DNA from: a virus | Reading direction: 5' to 3' (one strand) | DNA length: 64,000 nucleotides | IMG/VR virus record: IMGVR_UViG_3300028873_000014 | Span: 1 to 64,000 of that record | Shown: in pieces, positions 47,247-57,165 of the stretch | How the letters are laid out: each line of letters begins with the position of its first letter | Position numbering within the stretch: the stretch's first letter is position 1 | The notes under the pieces: generated by a model | The model's database searches: none | Seen by the model: only the letters and a program-made list of their open reading frames with translations | What the model was told of the DNA's origin: nothing | Program-made: the position numbers and the translations under genes

Positions 47247-48224
47247 CTACCTAATTTGTGTACAGGTAGCTTCAATGTTATAAACTACTGTTGTATATGT
47301 ACCACTTGTTGTTTGAACAGTCAGGTTTGTACCTGCTTTACATCTGATATGTACAGGTATACCATTATAGGGAACTGCCCCACCAGCATTTGTAAGAGTT
47401 GTAGAAATAGTTCCGGCAAGATTACTAAAGCTGAGATTTTGTACTCTAGCTGTGTTAGTCTCATCTGTATAGTTTATAGTTACTCCAAAACTAAATAAAG
47501 TAGCTGTAGTGATATTAACATTAGCAGAAAGCACATAACTTGCATCTACAGCAGCTACACTACCACTTAATACACCACTTACCGCTGTTATCTGCCCTGT
47601 TAATCTATTACCAGCATTTGCAACACTGATGATACCTGTAGCATTAGGTAAGTATTGTATTTGATTACTACCAAGTATACTATTCGTTACCGTGACTGAG
47701 TTACCTGCACTATTAGTTACATCTATTATTTGCATCCCTGTTTGTGTTATATTCAGAGAGTTGCTTGCAGTATCCTGTAAGGATATAATTACAGAGGTTT
47801 GTGTGACTTGCATTAATGCAGAAAAATAAGGATTAAACCCATTAGAAGGACCTGCTGCCATATGTATAGCAGCTTGGGATAAAGCATCTGATGCATAAGT
47901 GTGAACAGCATAATAGTATACTCCCTGTGAGTTAGGCACACTCCATACTCGTATATCACCAGACCCATCTCCTTGAGCAAGATTTTGTCCTATTTGTACA
48001 GAACGGTAAGGAGTGCTTCCTGTAGATGGTCCAAAATACATATTATCTGTAGTCTGATTACCTTCAGTAAGTACTTGTTGTAAGGTTGGGGTACTTGTGC
48101 TCCCAGAGGTATTTGTACTAGTAGATATACCATTAACTCTACCTTTTAAGATATTTATGTTCTGTACACACCACCATAGTTTTTCCAGAAAACCTTCTGG
48201 TGGTGGATTATTAGGATTACCCAT
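47247..48224 (-). CDS. tail fibre-like structural protein
   Basis: TPTLQQVLTEGN fibre motif; QYLPNATG; S/T/N-rich. Confidence 0.6.
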   Translation of the reverse strand: MGNPNNPPPEGFLEKLWWCVQNINILKGRVNGISTSTNTSGSTSTPTLQQVLTEGNQTTDNMYFGPSTGSTPYRSVQIGQNLAQGDGSGDIRVWSVPNSQGVYYYAVHTYASDALSQAAIHMAAGPSNGFNPYFSALMQVTQTSVIISLQDTASNSLNITQTGMQIIDVTNSAGNSVTVTNSILGSNQIQYLPNATGIISVANAGNRLTGQITAVSGVLSGSVAAVDASYVLSANVNITTATLFSFGVTINYTDETNTARVQNLSFSNLAGTISTTLTNAGGAVPYNGIPVHIRCKAGTNLTVQTTSGTYTTVVYNIEATCTQIR

Positions 48225-48234
48225 AGTTCAAATT

Positions 48235-49203
48235 TTATAAAGTTGCTGGTGGAAGATAAAATGTTGTTGTGTTAATGGTACTACCATTTGCCCAGGTAGC
48301 TGTAATAGTAAATAGAGTACTCGATGTTAATGGATAACTTGAATTAGTTCTGGTTAGGGTAATAGTATTATTCCTTAGTCCTAAAGGGGATTGAGGGAAA
48401 GATACTGCCCCCACTACAGAAGTAGCCGGATCAGTGACTGCGAGTGTTACATTATCATAAATTCCAGTACCTCCACTAAATAAGCTACCTTGTATCCATG
48501 ATATAGCAAGATTACCTACCAATGCATTATTGTTAACATCCTGTTGGGTTACCTGAAAATTAGATAACACAAAAGAGGCATGGGATAAAGGAGAACCATT
48601 CCAGGGGGCTTTAGTACCAAAATAGAAACCAAAGTATTCAGGTGTAAGTAAGGCATCAAACTGTTGTAATCCCCCGCCATAGTCGAATTGTGGAGTTACG
48701 GCAGTAACTACGATATTAGATATAGAGTATGTGTTAGCAGTTGGTAAGGATATGGCAATTGTGGCACTTGTATTAATACTAGCTGCAGGGTATATAAGAT
48801 TGGTAAAGTTTACAGTAGTGGTTCCGGATGTAGCTCCCGAAGTAGTGGTTAATAAAAAGTTTCCTGATATATACGTAGCATAAGGGTTTCCGTATACAGA
48901 ACTAATAATAGCTTTGTAGTAAGAGTTTTGCCCTGGTTCCGGAATAATTTGTAAACCGAACCCAAGGTAACTATTTATACCAAAAGGTTGTCCTGGGGAG
49001 TTGTTACCAGAACAGCAATTACTCTGTATGACTCCTTCATAATTAGCAGGAGCAAGTACAGGAATAGTTACAGAAGTACTACCTGATGTAGTTCCGGAAG
49101 TAGTTGCTGTACTATATATAGGATATCCTTGCTGCCTATACAGGATATTATATCCACAAGCAGGTAAAGGGGCAGGATTAGTCCAAGTTAAACCTAAGTT
49201 CAT
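48235..49203 (-). CDS. structural protein with FN3-like N-terminus
   Basis: LTW.......GYNILYR..G...YEG.IQS.C pattern. Confidence 0.55.
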   Translation of the reverse strand: MNLGLTWTNPAPLPACGYNILYRQQGYPIYSTATTSGTTSGSTSVTIPVLAPANYEGVIQSNCCSGNNSPGQPFGINSYLGFGLQIIPEPGQNSYYKAIISSVYGNPYATYISGNFLLTTTSGATSGTTTVNFTNLIYPAASINTSATIAISLPTANTYSISNIVVTAVTPQFDYGGGLQQFDALLTPEYFGFYFGTKAPWNGSPLSHASFVLSNFQVTQQDVNNNALVGNLAISWIQGSLFSGGTGIYDNVTLAVTDPATSVVGAVSFPQSPLGLRNNTITLTRTNSSYPLTSSTLFTITATWANGSTINTTTFYLPPATL

Positions 49204-49213
49204 AATCGTTAAT

Positions 49214-49762
49214 TTATGCTAATGTTACTATAATGTTTTGAGGGTCAGGGCAACTTGATAAAATACTAGTAGTAAATGTATATATAAATGTCTTGGAAAA
49301 CTGATTGGCTGTAGGAGTAATAGTTAAGTAGTATTGAGTATTAGATGATAGTCCTACAAAAGTATCTGATATCAATGTTGTTGGAGATAAAGTATGTGTT
49401 GCTATAATCTCCCCGGGAGCACTAAAAAGTGATAGAGTACATACATAATCAGTTATGGAAGCACCTAAATTACCAAAGTAATACCCTACCGAACTATTAG
49501 TAGGACTGATTACAGGACCGGGGTCAGTAAAGTGAATATCCTGGATAATAGCTGATGTGGGGTTTCCAAGAGTAGCTGATACATTAACTACCTGTATATC
49601 ATATAGCGTATTATCTATTCCTACAAAACCTACAGGGGTTGCTGTTCCCCCTGAAGTCTGAAAGGTGGTCCATAGAGATGTACCAGATACCCGGTAAAGA
49701 TATTTGTATGCAGTTGTTCCTGAGTTATTATCTACTGCTACCGTTATTACAAAATTTGCCAT
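49214..49762 (-). CDS. FN3-domain structural protein
   Basis: Y.YLYR..G...W; NTLYDIQV; GLSSNTQYYLTI. Confidence 0.6.
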   Translation of the reverse strand: MANFVITVAVDNNSGTTAYKYLYRVSGTSLWTTFQTSGGTATPVGFVGIDNTLYDIQVVNVSATLGNPTSAIIQDIHFTDPGPVISPTNSSVGYYFGNLGASITDYVCTLSLFSAPGEIIATHTLSPTTLISDTFVGLSSNTQYYLTITPTANQFSKTFIYTFTTSILSSCPDPQNIIVTLA

Positions 49763-49787
49763 AATTATATGATCTTTAATATTTTTA

Positions 49788-50375
49788 TTAACAAGGTACT
49801 GGAGGTAATACGTTTCCTGTTCCTACCTGTATACAACAACCATTAGGGAAAGCCGATACAGGGCATTGACCACTAGCTCCAGGTAAGTTATAGATATATG
49901 CACCACCTGAAGTAGCAGGAGCACAACACCATGTACTTACAGTAACTATAGGAGTACCCTTAGTTGCCGGAGGACAAGCAGATACAATATTGCATAAGGT
50001 AGCTTGTAAGGAAGCACTTGTACTGATCTGTGATAATACTGTACCAGCTAATGTGTTACACATCTTTTGGAACATCGTTGTTACACTATCCCCACTATTA
50101 ATACCAAAACAGTTGATGCCATTCCCCTGATAGGTAACACAATCTGTATATGTACTATCTACACATGATCCACAAGGAATAGGTGTTACAGGATTACCAT
50201 TACCATCAGTGCACTGACCACTTGGATATCCTAATGAAGGAGGAGTATATGTAGCCCCCGGGGGGCAACACTGGCATAATACAGGTGCCGGAGTTATAGA
50301 ATAATCAGGAGGACAGTTACAACTCTGCCCATTCGCACAATTATTACAAGGATATGAATTATTACAGTTACACAT
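49788..50375 (-). CDS. Cys-rich structural protein
   Basis: About 23 Cys in 195 aa; TDCVTYQG..INCFGI..GD motif. Confidence 0.65.
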   Translation of the reverse strand: MCNCNNSYPCNNCANGQSCNCPPDYSITPAPVLCQCCPPGATYTPPSLGYPSGQCTDGNGNPVTPIPCGSCVDSTYTDCVTYQGNGINCFGINSGDSVTTMFQKMCNTLAGTVLSQISTSASLQATLCNIVSACPPATKGTPIVTVSTWCCAPATSGGAYIYNLPGASGQCPVSAFPNGCCIQVGTGNVLPPVPC

Positions 50376-50382
50376 AGTAAGT

Positions 50383-51579
50383 TTATCTAAAAGTGATTAT
50401 GTCAATATTTGCTGTTCCTGCTACAGAAATAGCCTGACCAAAGTTTATAACTACCCCACCAAGTATATATGAAAAATACGGTGCTTTACTAAGTATATAT
50501 GTAGCATCGTAATTATCCTTAGCAACTATAGTAGCAAACCTTGGAGTGTAGGATAATCCGCTAACAGCAGTTATAGCAGTAGTTCCTGATGTAACTGGTT
50601 GGTTATAGTTAGTTACGTCATACCCAATTCCCCCCGGAGTAGAACTTGCAGTGTATAGGGTTTCGATCACTACCTTACTGCAACTTTGACCTGTAGTGGG
50701 GTTACTAACATTAGAAGTAACCTGAACTGTATAAGAACTGGATGTTGGAGAAAGAGTAGTTCCAGAAGTAGATATACTAATAGGAGTATTGGATAAAGAA
50801 GCTGCTGTAATACTAAAGGCTTGTTGATAATTATTACCAGAAGCATCGGTAATTTTTATCTGGGATTGATTCTGACTATCCCCAAAACCAGTAGGTATGA
50901 ATGTGTACCCATTGAAGTATAGGTTAATAACAGGTCCTGATATCAATACTGCCTGGTATGCAACTTTAACCTGAGCACAAGTAGGAGTAATAGCAGCAAG
51001 GGCATTTGTGATACCTGCCCTTGCGTCCCCATATGCTATCCATTGGTTACTTTCAGAAGCAGCAATAGTAGTAGGATTAGTATTCCACCCCGATAGCCCT
51101 GACATAGTACTATTCTGTGAAAAGGCAGGTAAACTATTAAGATTTGTTGGTTGTGCAGCAATTGCCTGGGAAAGTGCTGTAGTAGTACCAAGAACATTGT
51201 TATACCCACATATATTAGCAACTGCATTTGCAACTACAACATTTATAGGAAGTACCTGGTTAACAGGACTACTTAAACATCCTGCATTAACCTGTGGTAT
51301 AGCAGTTGCACCAGAAGTTTGTATAGCAAGTACAGATGCTTGCAGGGTAGTAATTTCAGTGTTATATGTATTAAGTAATGCAACTACCTGGTTATAATTA
51401 TCGATCTGAGTACTAAGAGAAGCACCTATTAATGATATATATCCTGTAGTGGGGCTATCTGCAGGATATCCTACTGGATAAAGTTGCGTAACAATGTTGC
51501 CATTACTATCCTGGAATCTAAGATTCTTAGAAAGTTGTAAAGGAAAATTAGATACATATTGAGGAGGTGTATTGTTCAT
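50383..51579 (-). CDS. structural protein (coiled coil plus beta domain)
   Basis: 398 aa, S/T/N-rich, in structural module. Confidence 0.65.
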   Translation of the reverse strand: MNNTPPQYVSNFPLQLSKNLRFQDSNGNIVTQLYPVGYPADSPTTGYISLIGASLSTQIDNYNQVVALLNTYNTEITTLQASVLAIQTSGATAIPQVNAGCLSSPVNQVLPINVVVANAVANICGYNNVLGTTTALSQAIAAQPTNLNSLPAFSQNSTMSGLSGWNTNPTTIAASESNQWIAYGDARAGITNALAAITPTCAQVKVAYQAVLISGPVINLYFNGYTFIPTGFGDSQNQSQIKITDASGNNYQQAFSITAASLSNTPISISTSGTTLSPTSSSYTVQVTSNVSNPTTGQSCSKVVIETLYTASSTPGGIGYDVTNYNQPVTSGTTAITAVSGLSYTPRFATIVAKDNYDATYILSKAPYFSYILGGVVINFGQAISVAGTANIDIITFR

Positions 51580-51580
51580 A

Positions 51581-52249
51581 TTAAGTTAGATTAAAAGTTA
51601 TAGCACCAAGTGTTATAGGATAGTTGTATGAAATATTTGAAGGAGGCCCATCATAGTTTATCAAAACTTGCAGTAGTCCTCCAGGGTTTATAATAGCATA
51701 GAATCTAAGATATAAATAACTATTCTGTTGTCCTGGGTTAGGTATAGCAATAGAGTCTATTAGTCTTACCTGTGCTTTAGTAAATGTAGTTGGTAAACAG
51801 CTTGTTGAAACTGTACACAAGTTTATTAAAACATCCCCAACACTTCCAGATCCTACCCCGGGGTAAATAGTATTAAAGTTTATATCGAAACACCCCCGTA
51901 ATTTCAGGTCCCCCTCATTAGTGAACTTATACATAGGGTTATCACAAGTCACACCTAAAAAAGCACCACTATCCGTAAAGAAATTCTGTAATCCAAATAA
52001 TGACCATGTGCAATTTGCCCCTGCACCAGAAGTAGGAATACCTGCACTAAAGTCTTTCCATCCTGCAGCAGCACAAGGTCCTGTAGTATTTGAGCTATTA
52101 ACAAGTGTTACCAGACTATTTAATACATCTGTTATAGAAGCACCTGCACATAAGTTTAACCCTGGCAATTGGGTACTGAGTATGACACAATTTGACCCAA
52201 TAGGATCAGGACAACTTTTGCTGGTAATATTAGTAGTTACAGGTTCCAT
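51581..52249 (-). CDS. structural/fibre-associated protein
   Basis: SCPDPIGSNCV..LNLCAGASITDV N-terminal motif. Confidence 0.6.
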   Translation of the reverse strand: MEPVTTNITSKSCPDPIGSNCVILSTQLPGLNLCAGASITDVLNSLVTLVNSSNTTGPCAAAGWKDFSAGIPTSGAGANCTWSLFGLQNFFTDSGAFLGVTCDNPMYKFTNEGDLKLRGCFDINFNTIYPGVGSGSVGDVLINLCTVSTSCLPTTFTKAQVRLIDSIAIPNPGQQNSYLYLRFYAIINPGGLLQVLINYDGPPSNISYNYPITLGAITFNLT

Positions 52250-52294
52250 AATTTTATTTTATAATCAACATTTTTATTTATAACCAAGCTGTTG

Positions 52295-53344
52295 TTAAGG
52301 TCTCATAAACCACAATACAAGTGCTGAACCAAATATAACTGTTATTACTTGCGATGCATTACATCCTACTCCTGTAGTAGTATATCTAACAGTTGTAGTT
52401 CCAGCGGATACTCCAGTAACTATTCCAGATGAAGATCCTACTGTTGCGATAGCTGTATTATCTATACCCCATCCTCCACCTGTAACTCCAGGACTGATAG
52501 CAAGTGCAGATGTTCCAGTTCCGGATATAGTAAAAGTTCCAGTAATAACTGGAGTTGCGTTATCTGTTAATGTTTGAGTTGTTGAACAATGCGAGCCGGA
52601 TGCTGTATATGTTATTGTGCTAGTTCCTGTAGATACTCCTGTTACTAACCCAGATGTTGAATTTACAGTTATGTGTGCGCTACTGCTTGCCCATGTACCA
52701 CCTGTAAAACCAGATGATAATGTAGTTGTAGATGTCCCGCAAATTATAAATGATGTTCCTGTAATAACAGGGTTAACTAGAAACGAAGTGGTTATAGTAC
52801 ATCCAGATGCATTATATGTAATAACAGTAGTTCCAGATGATACACCATAAATAATTCCTGTTGTTGCTCCTGATGTAGCTACTGTAGTATTACTACTACT
52901 CCAAGTTCCACCTAATGTTGCATCAGATAATGTAGTTGTGAAGCCAGAACAAACTGATGCTGTTCCAGTTATAGGATCGGGTGTAGGATTTACAGTTAAG
53001 TTACCTGTATATCCATCATCTTCATAAGAACTCTCTGTATAATTAAAAACCCCTGTTTCGGTAACAACTACCTGATAAAAATTACCGTTGTCGCTATATG
53101 GTACAGATGTTAATGAATAAGTTGTATTTGTAGCACCAGTAAGATTGCTAAATGTACTTCCGCCATCTAATGATAGTTGCCATTGGTAGGTAAGTACATC
53201 TCCACCAACTATAGGACTTGCCGTTACTACGTAGGATGCATTTTGTCCAGCACAAATAGTTACATCTCCAGAAAATGAAGTAATAACCTGGGCTGATACA
53301 GACCCACTAAGGCACAATAGTAATATGAATAGTTTTAGTCTCAT
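52295..53344 (-). CDS. signal-peptide protein with tandem Ig-like (Big_2-type) repeats
   Basis: MRLKLFILLLCLSGSVSA|Q; TYQWQ.S.DGG Ig motif; three GG.W.S....ATV...G.V.GVS.GT..I.Y-type repeats. Confidence 0.75.
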   Translation of the reverse strand: MRLKLFILLLCLSGSVSAQVITSFSGDVTICAGQNASYVVTASPIVGGDVLTYQWQLSLDGGSTFSNLTGATNTTYSLTSVPYSDNGNFYQVVVTETGVFNYTESSYEDDGYTGNLTVNPTPDPITGTASVCSGFTTTLSDATLGGTWSSSNTTVATSGATTGIIYGVSSGTTVITYNASGCTITTSFLVNPVITGTSFIICGTSTTTLSSGFTGGTWASSSAHITVNSTSGLVTGVSTGTSTITYTASGSHCSTTQTLTDNATPVITGTFTISGTGTSALAISPGVTGGGWGIDNTAIATVGSSSGIVTGVSAGTTTVRYTTTGVGCNASQVITVIFGSALVLWFMRP

Positions 53345-55716
53345 TAGTATGTCGTATAAAGTTGACCAACCGCAAAAAATTCGCTATTATTAGCATTGTA
53401 TATCCACTGCTGAGTGATAACCTGCCCTATTACCGTTGTGGCTGCTGGTGTCAATGCGGTAGGCGATACCCCCGGTTTAAACTTAGTTCCGTAAGTGATC
53501 GCTCTTGCGGTTCCGTTGTCTTGGTAGGTGATAAATAATGCCTGATTGTTCTGCCAGCTCCCTGCAGGATTGTTTACCGTAATGGCTCCCGATGCTGCAT
53601 TTATTTCATAGCTGATGGGGATCACCCTATTTGCGACTGCCGAATAGGGGGTAAGGCTTGCCACGTAGGCAACACTACTGTCGGGTGAGGTAATTGAGAT
53701 CACACCACCCGAAATATTTATCGGGTACGTACTGGTATATGTCGTTGGGGCTGTTCCGCTTGATGCCGATGTTACCCGTCCTTTAGAATCTACAGTAACT
53801 GTAGAATAGGTATATGTGGCAGGTGAGGCGTTTACGGTAACTATCGTGGGGTTTGGATAAGACCCCGTTAAATCACCTCCTGCTGTACCTGAGGGTGCCG
53901 CTGTAATGGTATTGTTTGATCCATAGGTAATAGGGGTAGCGTTAACACTTGTTGCTGTAGTGGCGTTTGTACCACCATATCCTATGTCTAATTTAGTTCC
54001 CTGCCATGTACCAGTCCCAATAGTTCCTACACTTGTTAAAGAAGAGGTTACCACAGTCGGGTTAAGTGTCGTTGTTGTTAATGTATTCGCTGATGCTGTT
54101 ATAGTATAAGCATTACCCGTTGTCATTGGGGTAGTATTTACGGTTAGTGTTTGTGCTGCCGGAGCGATGTTAACAGTAGTTACCGATGTTACTCTACCTT
54201 GCGCATCTGTAGTTATTTCAGGTATCGTCGTACTACTTCCATAAGTTCCAGATGTTCCTACAGACGGCATAGATATCGTACCGGATGTAGTAATAGTTCC
54301 TCCAGATAACCCAGTTCCTGCTGTTATGCTAGTTACAGTACCACTTGCAGGGTTTACCCAAACATATCCAGTTCCACCAGTATTAACTTCAAGCATTTGG
54401 TTCGCACTACCAATGGGTATTTCTCCATAAACTGTCGATGAAGTTGCATAAGGAATAGCATATTGCGTTGTAGTTGATTTATTCAATCCTCCATTTGCTG
54501 TAGGTAAAATTCCTGTAACGCTAGTAACCAAAGATACAGGGGCAACATTAATAGCTTGGGTCATTGTATTATATGTCAAACCTGTTCCTATTTGTATCTC
54601 CTGATATGCTGTAGTATTACCAGAACCTAAGAGAACTTCATTAGTTGATGCTGGTTGTAATTTAGCATAAGTTACTGCATTATTAGCAATATCCCCTGTA
54701 ACAACTTGTCCCCAGGATGGATTACCTGAAGCATTGCCGTGTAAAAGAGTTGTATTAGTTCCCTGATTATTAAATAATGATGATGCTAATATAGGACTAA
54801 AATATGAAGGAGCACCGGATGACGTTCCCCCTAAGATAGTATTGGCTGATATTGGAGTTAGTGAATAAGATATGACAGGGGTAGTCGTACTTGTTGTTAC
54901 AGATGATGTAAATACCGGAGATAAGTTCCCGGATGAAACACTTGTTACTGTACCAGATCCACCTGATGTTATACTATATGATGTTACTCCGGTTATTTGA
55001 CCCTGAGCATTTACCGTATACCCAGGTATAGAAGTAGAACTACCATAAGTACCGGGAGTTACAGTAGTATTGGTTATAGCTACTGAATAAGAAGGTGTTC
55101 CAGATAAAGATTGCGAAGTATTACCACTTACCGTTATACCATTACCTGCAGTCACATTCATACTTCCTATAGGAGTAGCACTGATAGTATTGTTAGACCC
55201 ATAAGTTATAGGTGTAGTATTGATACTTGTTTGCACAGAGCTATTAGTTCCCCCATTAGCAATAGGAAGTATGCCAATAACCCCTGTAGTTAATGGTAAT
55301 CCTGTTTCGTTAGTACCAACTAAAGCAGATGGGGTTCCTAAGTTCCATGTTCCGGGTAATATACCATTGGTATATAACGATAAAACTGGTGTAGTTCCTC
55401 CAGTGCTGTTTATCTGGTTAGTAGTTCCGGACACACTAGTTACTCCACTCCCTCCCCCACTACCAGTATACCATGCCCCATTAGAATAGTAGTAAAAAGT
55501 ATTGTTGCTGCTATTTATATAAACCAGGCCATTTGTAACCCCATTACAAGATAAGGTTCCTACAGAAGGAACTGATGCATACACAGGTATACCAAGACCT
55601 AAAGAAAACGTTCCTCTATTCCAGGTATTACCATAGTTAGAAGAAGGCAAACAAGGTTGCTGCCCCTTTACAAAACAGGATATGAAAAGTAATATGATAA
55701 TTAAGTAGTATCTCAT
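53344..55716 (-). CDS. signal-peptide, repeat-rich tail-fibre-like protein
   Basis: MRYYLIIILLFISCFVKG|Q; repeats G(T)VTS(V/I), GILP.ANGG, TPITYGSNNTI (x2) and (G/A)TY....T....G.(I/V)T (x3). Confidence 0.7.
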   Translation of the reverse strand: MRYYLIIILLFISCFVKGQQPCLPSSNYGNTWNRGTFSLGLGIPVYASVPSVGTLSCNGVTNGLVYINSSNNTFYYYSNGAWYTGSGGGSGVTSVSGTTNQINSTGGTTPVLSLYTNGILPGTWNLGTPSALVGTNETGLPLTTGVIGILPIANGGTNSSVQTSINTTPITYGSNNTISATPIGSMNVTAGNGITVSGNTSQSLSGTPSYSVAITNTTVTPGTYGSSTSIPGYTVNAQGQITGVTSYSITSGGSGTVTSVSSGNLSPVFTSSVTTSTTTPVISYSLTPISANTILGGTSSGAPSYFSPILASSLFNNQGTNTTLLHGNASGNPSWGQVVTGDIANNAVTYAKLQPASTNEVLLGSGNTTAYQEIQIGTGLTYNTMTQAINVAPVSLVTSVTGILPTANGGLNKSTTTQYAIPYATSSTVYGEIPIGSANQMLEVNTGGTGYVWVNPASGTVTSITAGTGLSGGTITTSGTISMPSVGTSGTYGSSTTIPEITTDAQGRVTSVTTVNIAPAAQTLTVNTTPMTTGNAYTITASANTLTTTTLNPTVVTSSLTSVGTIGTGTWQGTKLDIGYGGTNATTATSVNATPITYGSNNTITAAPSGTAGGDLTGSYPNPTIVTVNASPATYTYSTVTVDSKGRVTSASSGTAPTTYTSTYPINISGGVISITSPDSSVAYVASLTPYSAVANRVIPISYEINAASGAITVNNPAGSWQNNQALFITYQDNGTARAITYGTKFKPGVSPTALTPAATTVIGQVITQQWIYNANNSEFFAVGQLYTTY

Positions 55717-56324
55717 TAGTATGCTGTAATTGTATATGTCTCTGTTGTGTTAAATAATCTTCCTCCAAGTAATGTAATACCTCCTGTAGTGCTATTGAAA
55801 GAATAGTCTACAGTATTAGTTAACGGTCCATATCCCGAAAGTTCTATAGATACTGACTTACCTTCCAGTAATGGTAATCCTGTAGTACTGTTAATCGGTA
55901 AAAATGTACTAGACCCATTAATAGGACCACCTACATTACCTACAGTAAATTGTTCTATAATCAATGATGAAACAGGAGTATTAGGTGAAGGTAAAACTAC
56001 CTGAACACTTTGTAAGTTAACATTCTGTATAGGGTTATAGCAACCCTTACTCTCATAGGCACTATCTACCTGGGGGAATGGCGACCCTCCATAAACAGGA
56101 TAAGCAATGATATTTACGATAGTATTCTGTGCAATTTTACAAAGAGTGTTTTGACAATCAGATTCTTTCTGCCAATCAGCAAGTACTTTCTTTCGATTAA
56201 TAGCATAATAGGAAACAGGATCATAACCAACCTTAACCCCCCATTCTCCTGCCATATACATAGCAAAATAGAGACTGGTGTAGTCACTGTTAATTGATCG
56301 TAACTCTTTCCTATAATTATCCAC
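55716..56324 (-). CDS. structural protein
   Basis: C-terminal DYSFNSTTGGITL beta motif. Confidence 0.6.
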   Translation of the reverse strand: MDNYRKELRSINSDYTSLYFAMYMAGEWGVKVGYDPVSYYAINRKKVLADWQKESDCQNTLCKIAQNTIVNIIAYPVYGGSPFPQVDSAYESKGCYNPIQNVNLQSVQVVLPSPNTPVSSLIIEQFTVGNVGGPINGSSTFLPINSTTGLPLLEGKSVSIELSGYGPLTNTVDYSFNSTTGGITLLGGRLFNTTETYTITAY

Positions 56325-56529
56325 TGTTTCTATTCTTTAAAAGTTGTTCTATACTTTGTATCAAACTCTGTTGCATACTAACGTTTTGTGTACTTTGTAC
56401 TATAGCTTGTGAACTTCTTTCTACTCCTGTGTAGCACTTACTACAGCATTTAATTCCTGAACTGGTAGTCATTTCTCTACAACCTGTACAACTGCAACAA
56501 TCAGTTCGGCAACTCGGACACAATGCCAT
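56317..56529 (-). CDS. small Cys-rich (putative metal-binding) protein
   Basis: CPSC...CCSCTGC........CCSKC. Confidence 0.6.
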   Translation of the reverse strand: MALCPSCRTDCCSCTGCREMTTSSGIKCCSKCYTGVERSSQAIVQSTQNVSMQQSLIQSIEQLLKNRNSG

Positions 56530-56532
56530 ATA

Positions 56533-57096
56533 CTAATAATTTACACAATTTGGTTTACGCCTACTCATCTTTTCCATAAGAGCCAATGCATAACGGTATT
56601 GATTAATACCGTCTTCGCACTGGTGTTTATCATTCACATTTACCTGTCCACTGATTAAGTAGTTACGTATAGTATCTATATTCTTAAGATAATACTCTGT
56701 TTCTGTATCAGGTAAACAATCCCCGAGATCAACTTCACACAAAAGATGGTTTAGCCTATTTATAGCATGGGTGATCCTAAGGTATTGATACTCTACCCAT
56801 ACCTGAGTATTGGGGGAAACAGAATATCGCAGGTTATATATGCCATCTGGCAGATTAGGGCATATATCATTACATCCCCCGGGAGCAGCTACTCCTATAG
56901 TACAGGCATTAAGTACTAAACGAAAGTTCTGTTGGGTAATACTGATTATAGTAGGTGTGCCATAACCAGGAGGGGTTATCTGTAGGTTCTGACAGGTTAC
57001 AGGAATATTAGCAGCATATATAGAAATATCCTCTACAATGAAAATACCTTCATTGTATACCGGAGGAACTTCAAGTTGTAAGATATGTTTTGCCAC
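56533..57096 (-). CDS. conserved crAss-like structural protein
   Basis: LQITPPG and LPDGIYNLRYSVSPN motifs; GTG start. Confidence 0.65.
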   Translation of the reverse strand: MAKHILQLEVPPVYNEGIFIVEDISIYAANIPVTCQNLQITPPGYGTPTIISITQQNFRLVLNACTIGVAAPGGCNDICPNLPDGIYNLRYSVSPNTQVWVEYQYLRITHAINRLNHLLCEVDLGDCLPDTETEYYLKNIDTIRNYLISGQVNVNDKHQCEDGINQYRYALALMEKMSRRKPNCVNY

Positions 57097-57110
57097 TATT
57101 TTTAGAAATT

Positions 57111-57146
57111 AAAAGAGGGAAAAGGAGTTTTTATCCTTCTCCCTCT
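57111..57146 (-). terminator. rho-independent terminator
   Basis: Minus strand AGAGGGAGAAGGA-N7-TCCTTTTCCCTCT followed by TTTAATTT, just after the 438-aa gene. Confidence 0.75.
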
Positions 57147-57165
57147 GTTTATAAATACTTACTTT

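Noticed and set aside
53344-55716. DGR target/template repeats or a CRISPR-like array
   Set aside because: Repeats are protein-level and diverged at synonymous sites; no adenine-specific variant pair, reverse transcriptase or spacer structure is seen in the window.
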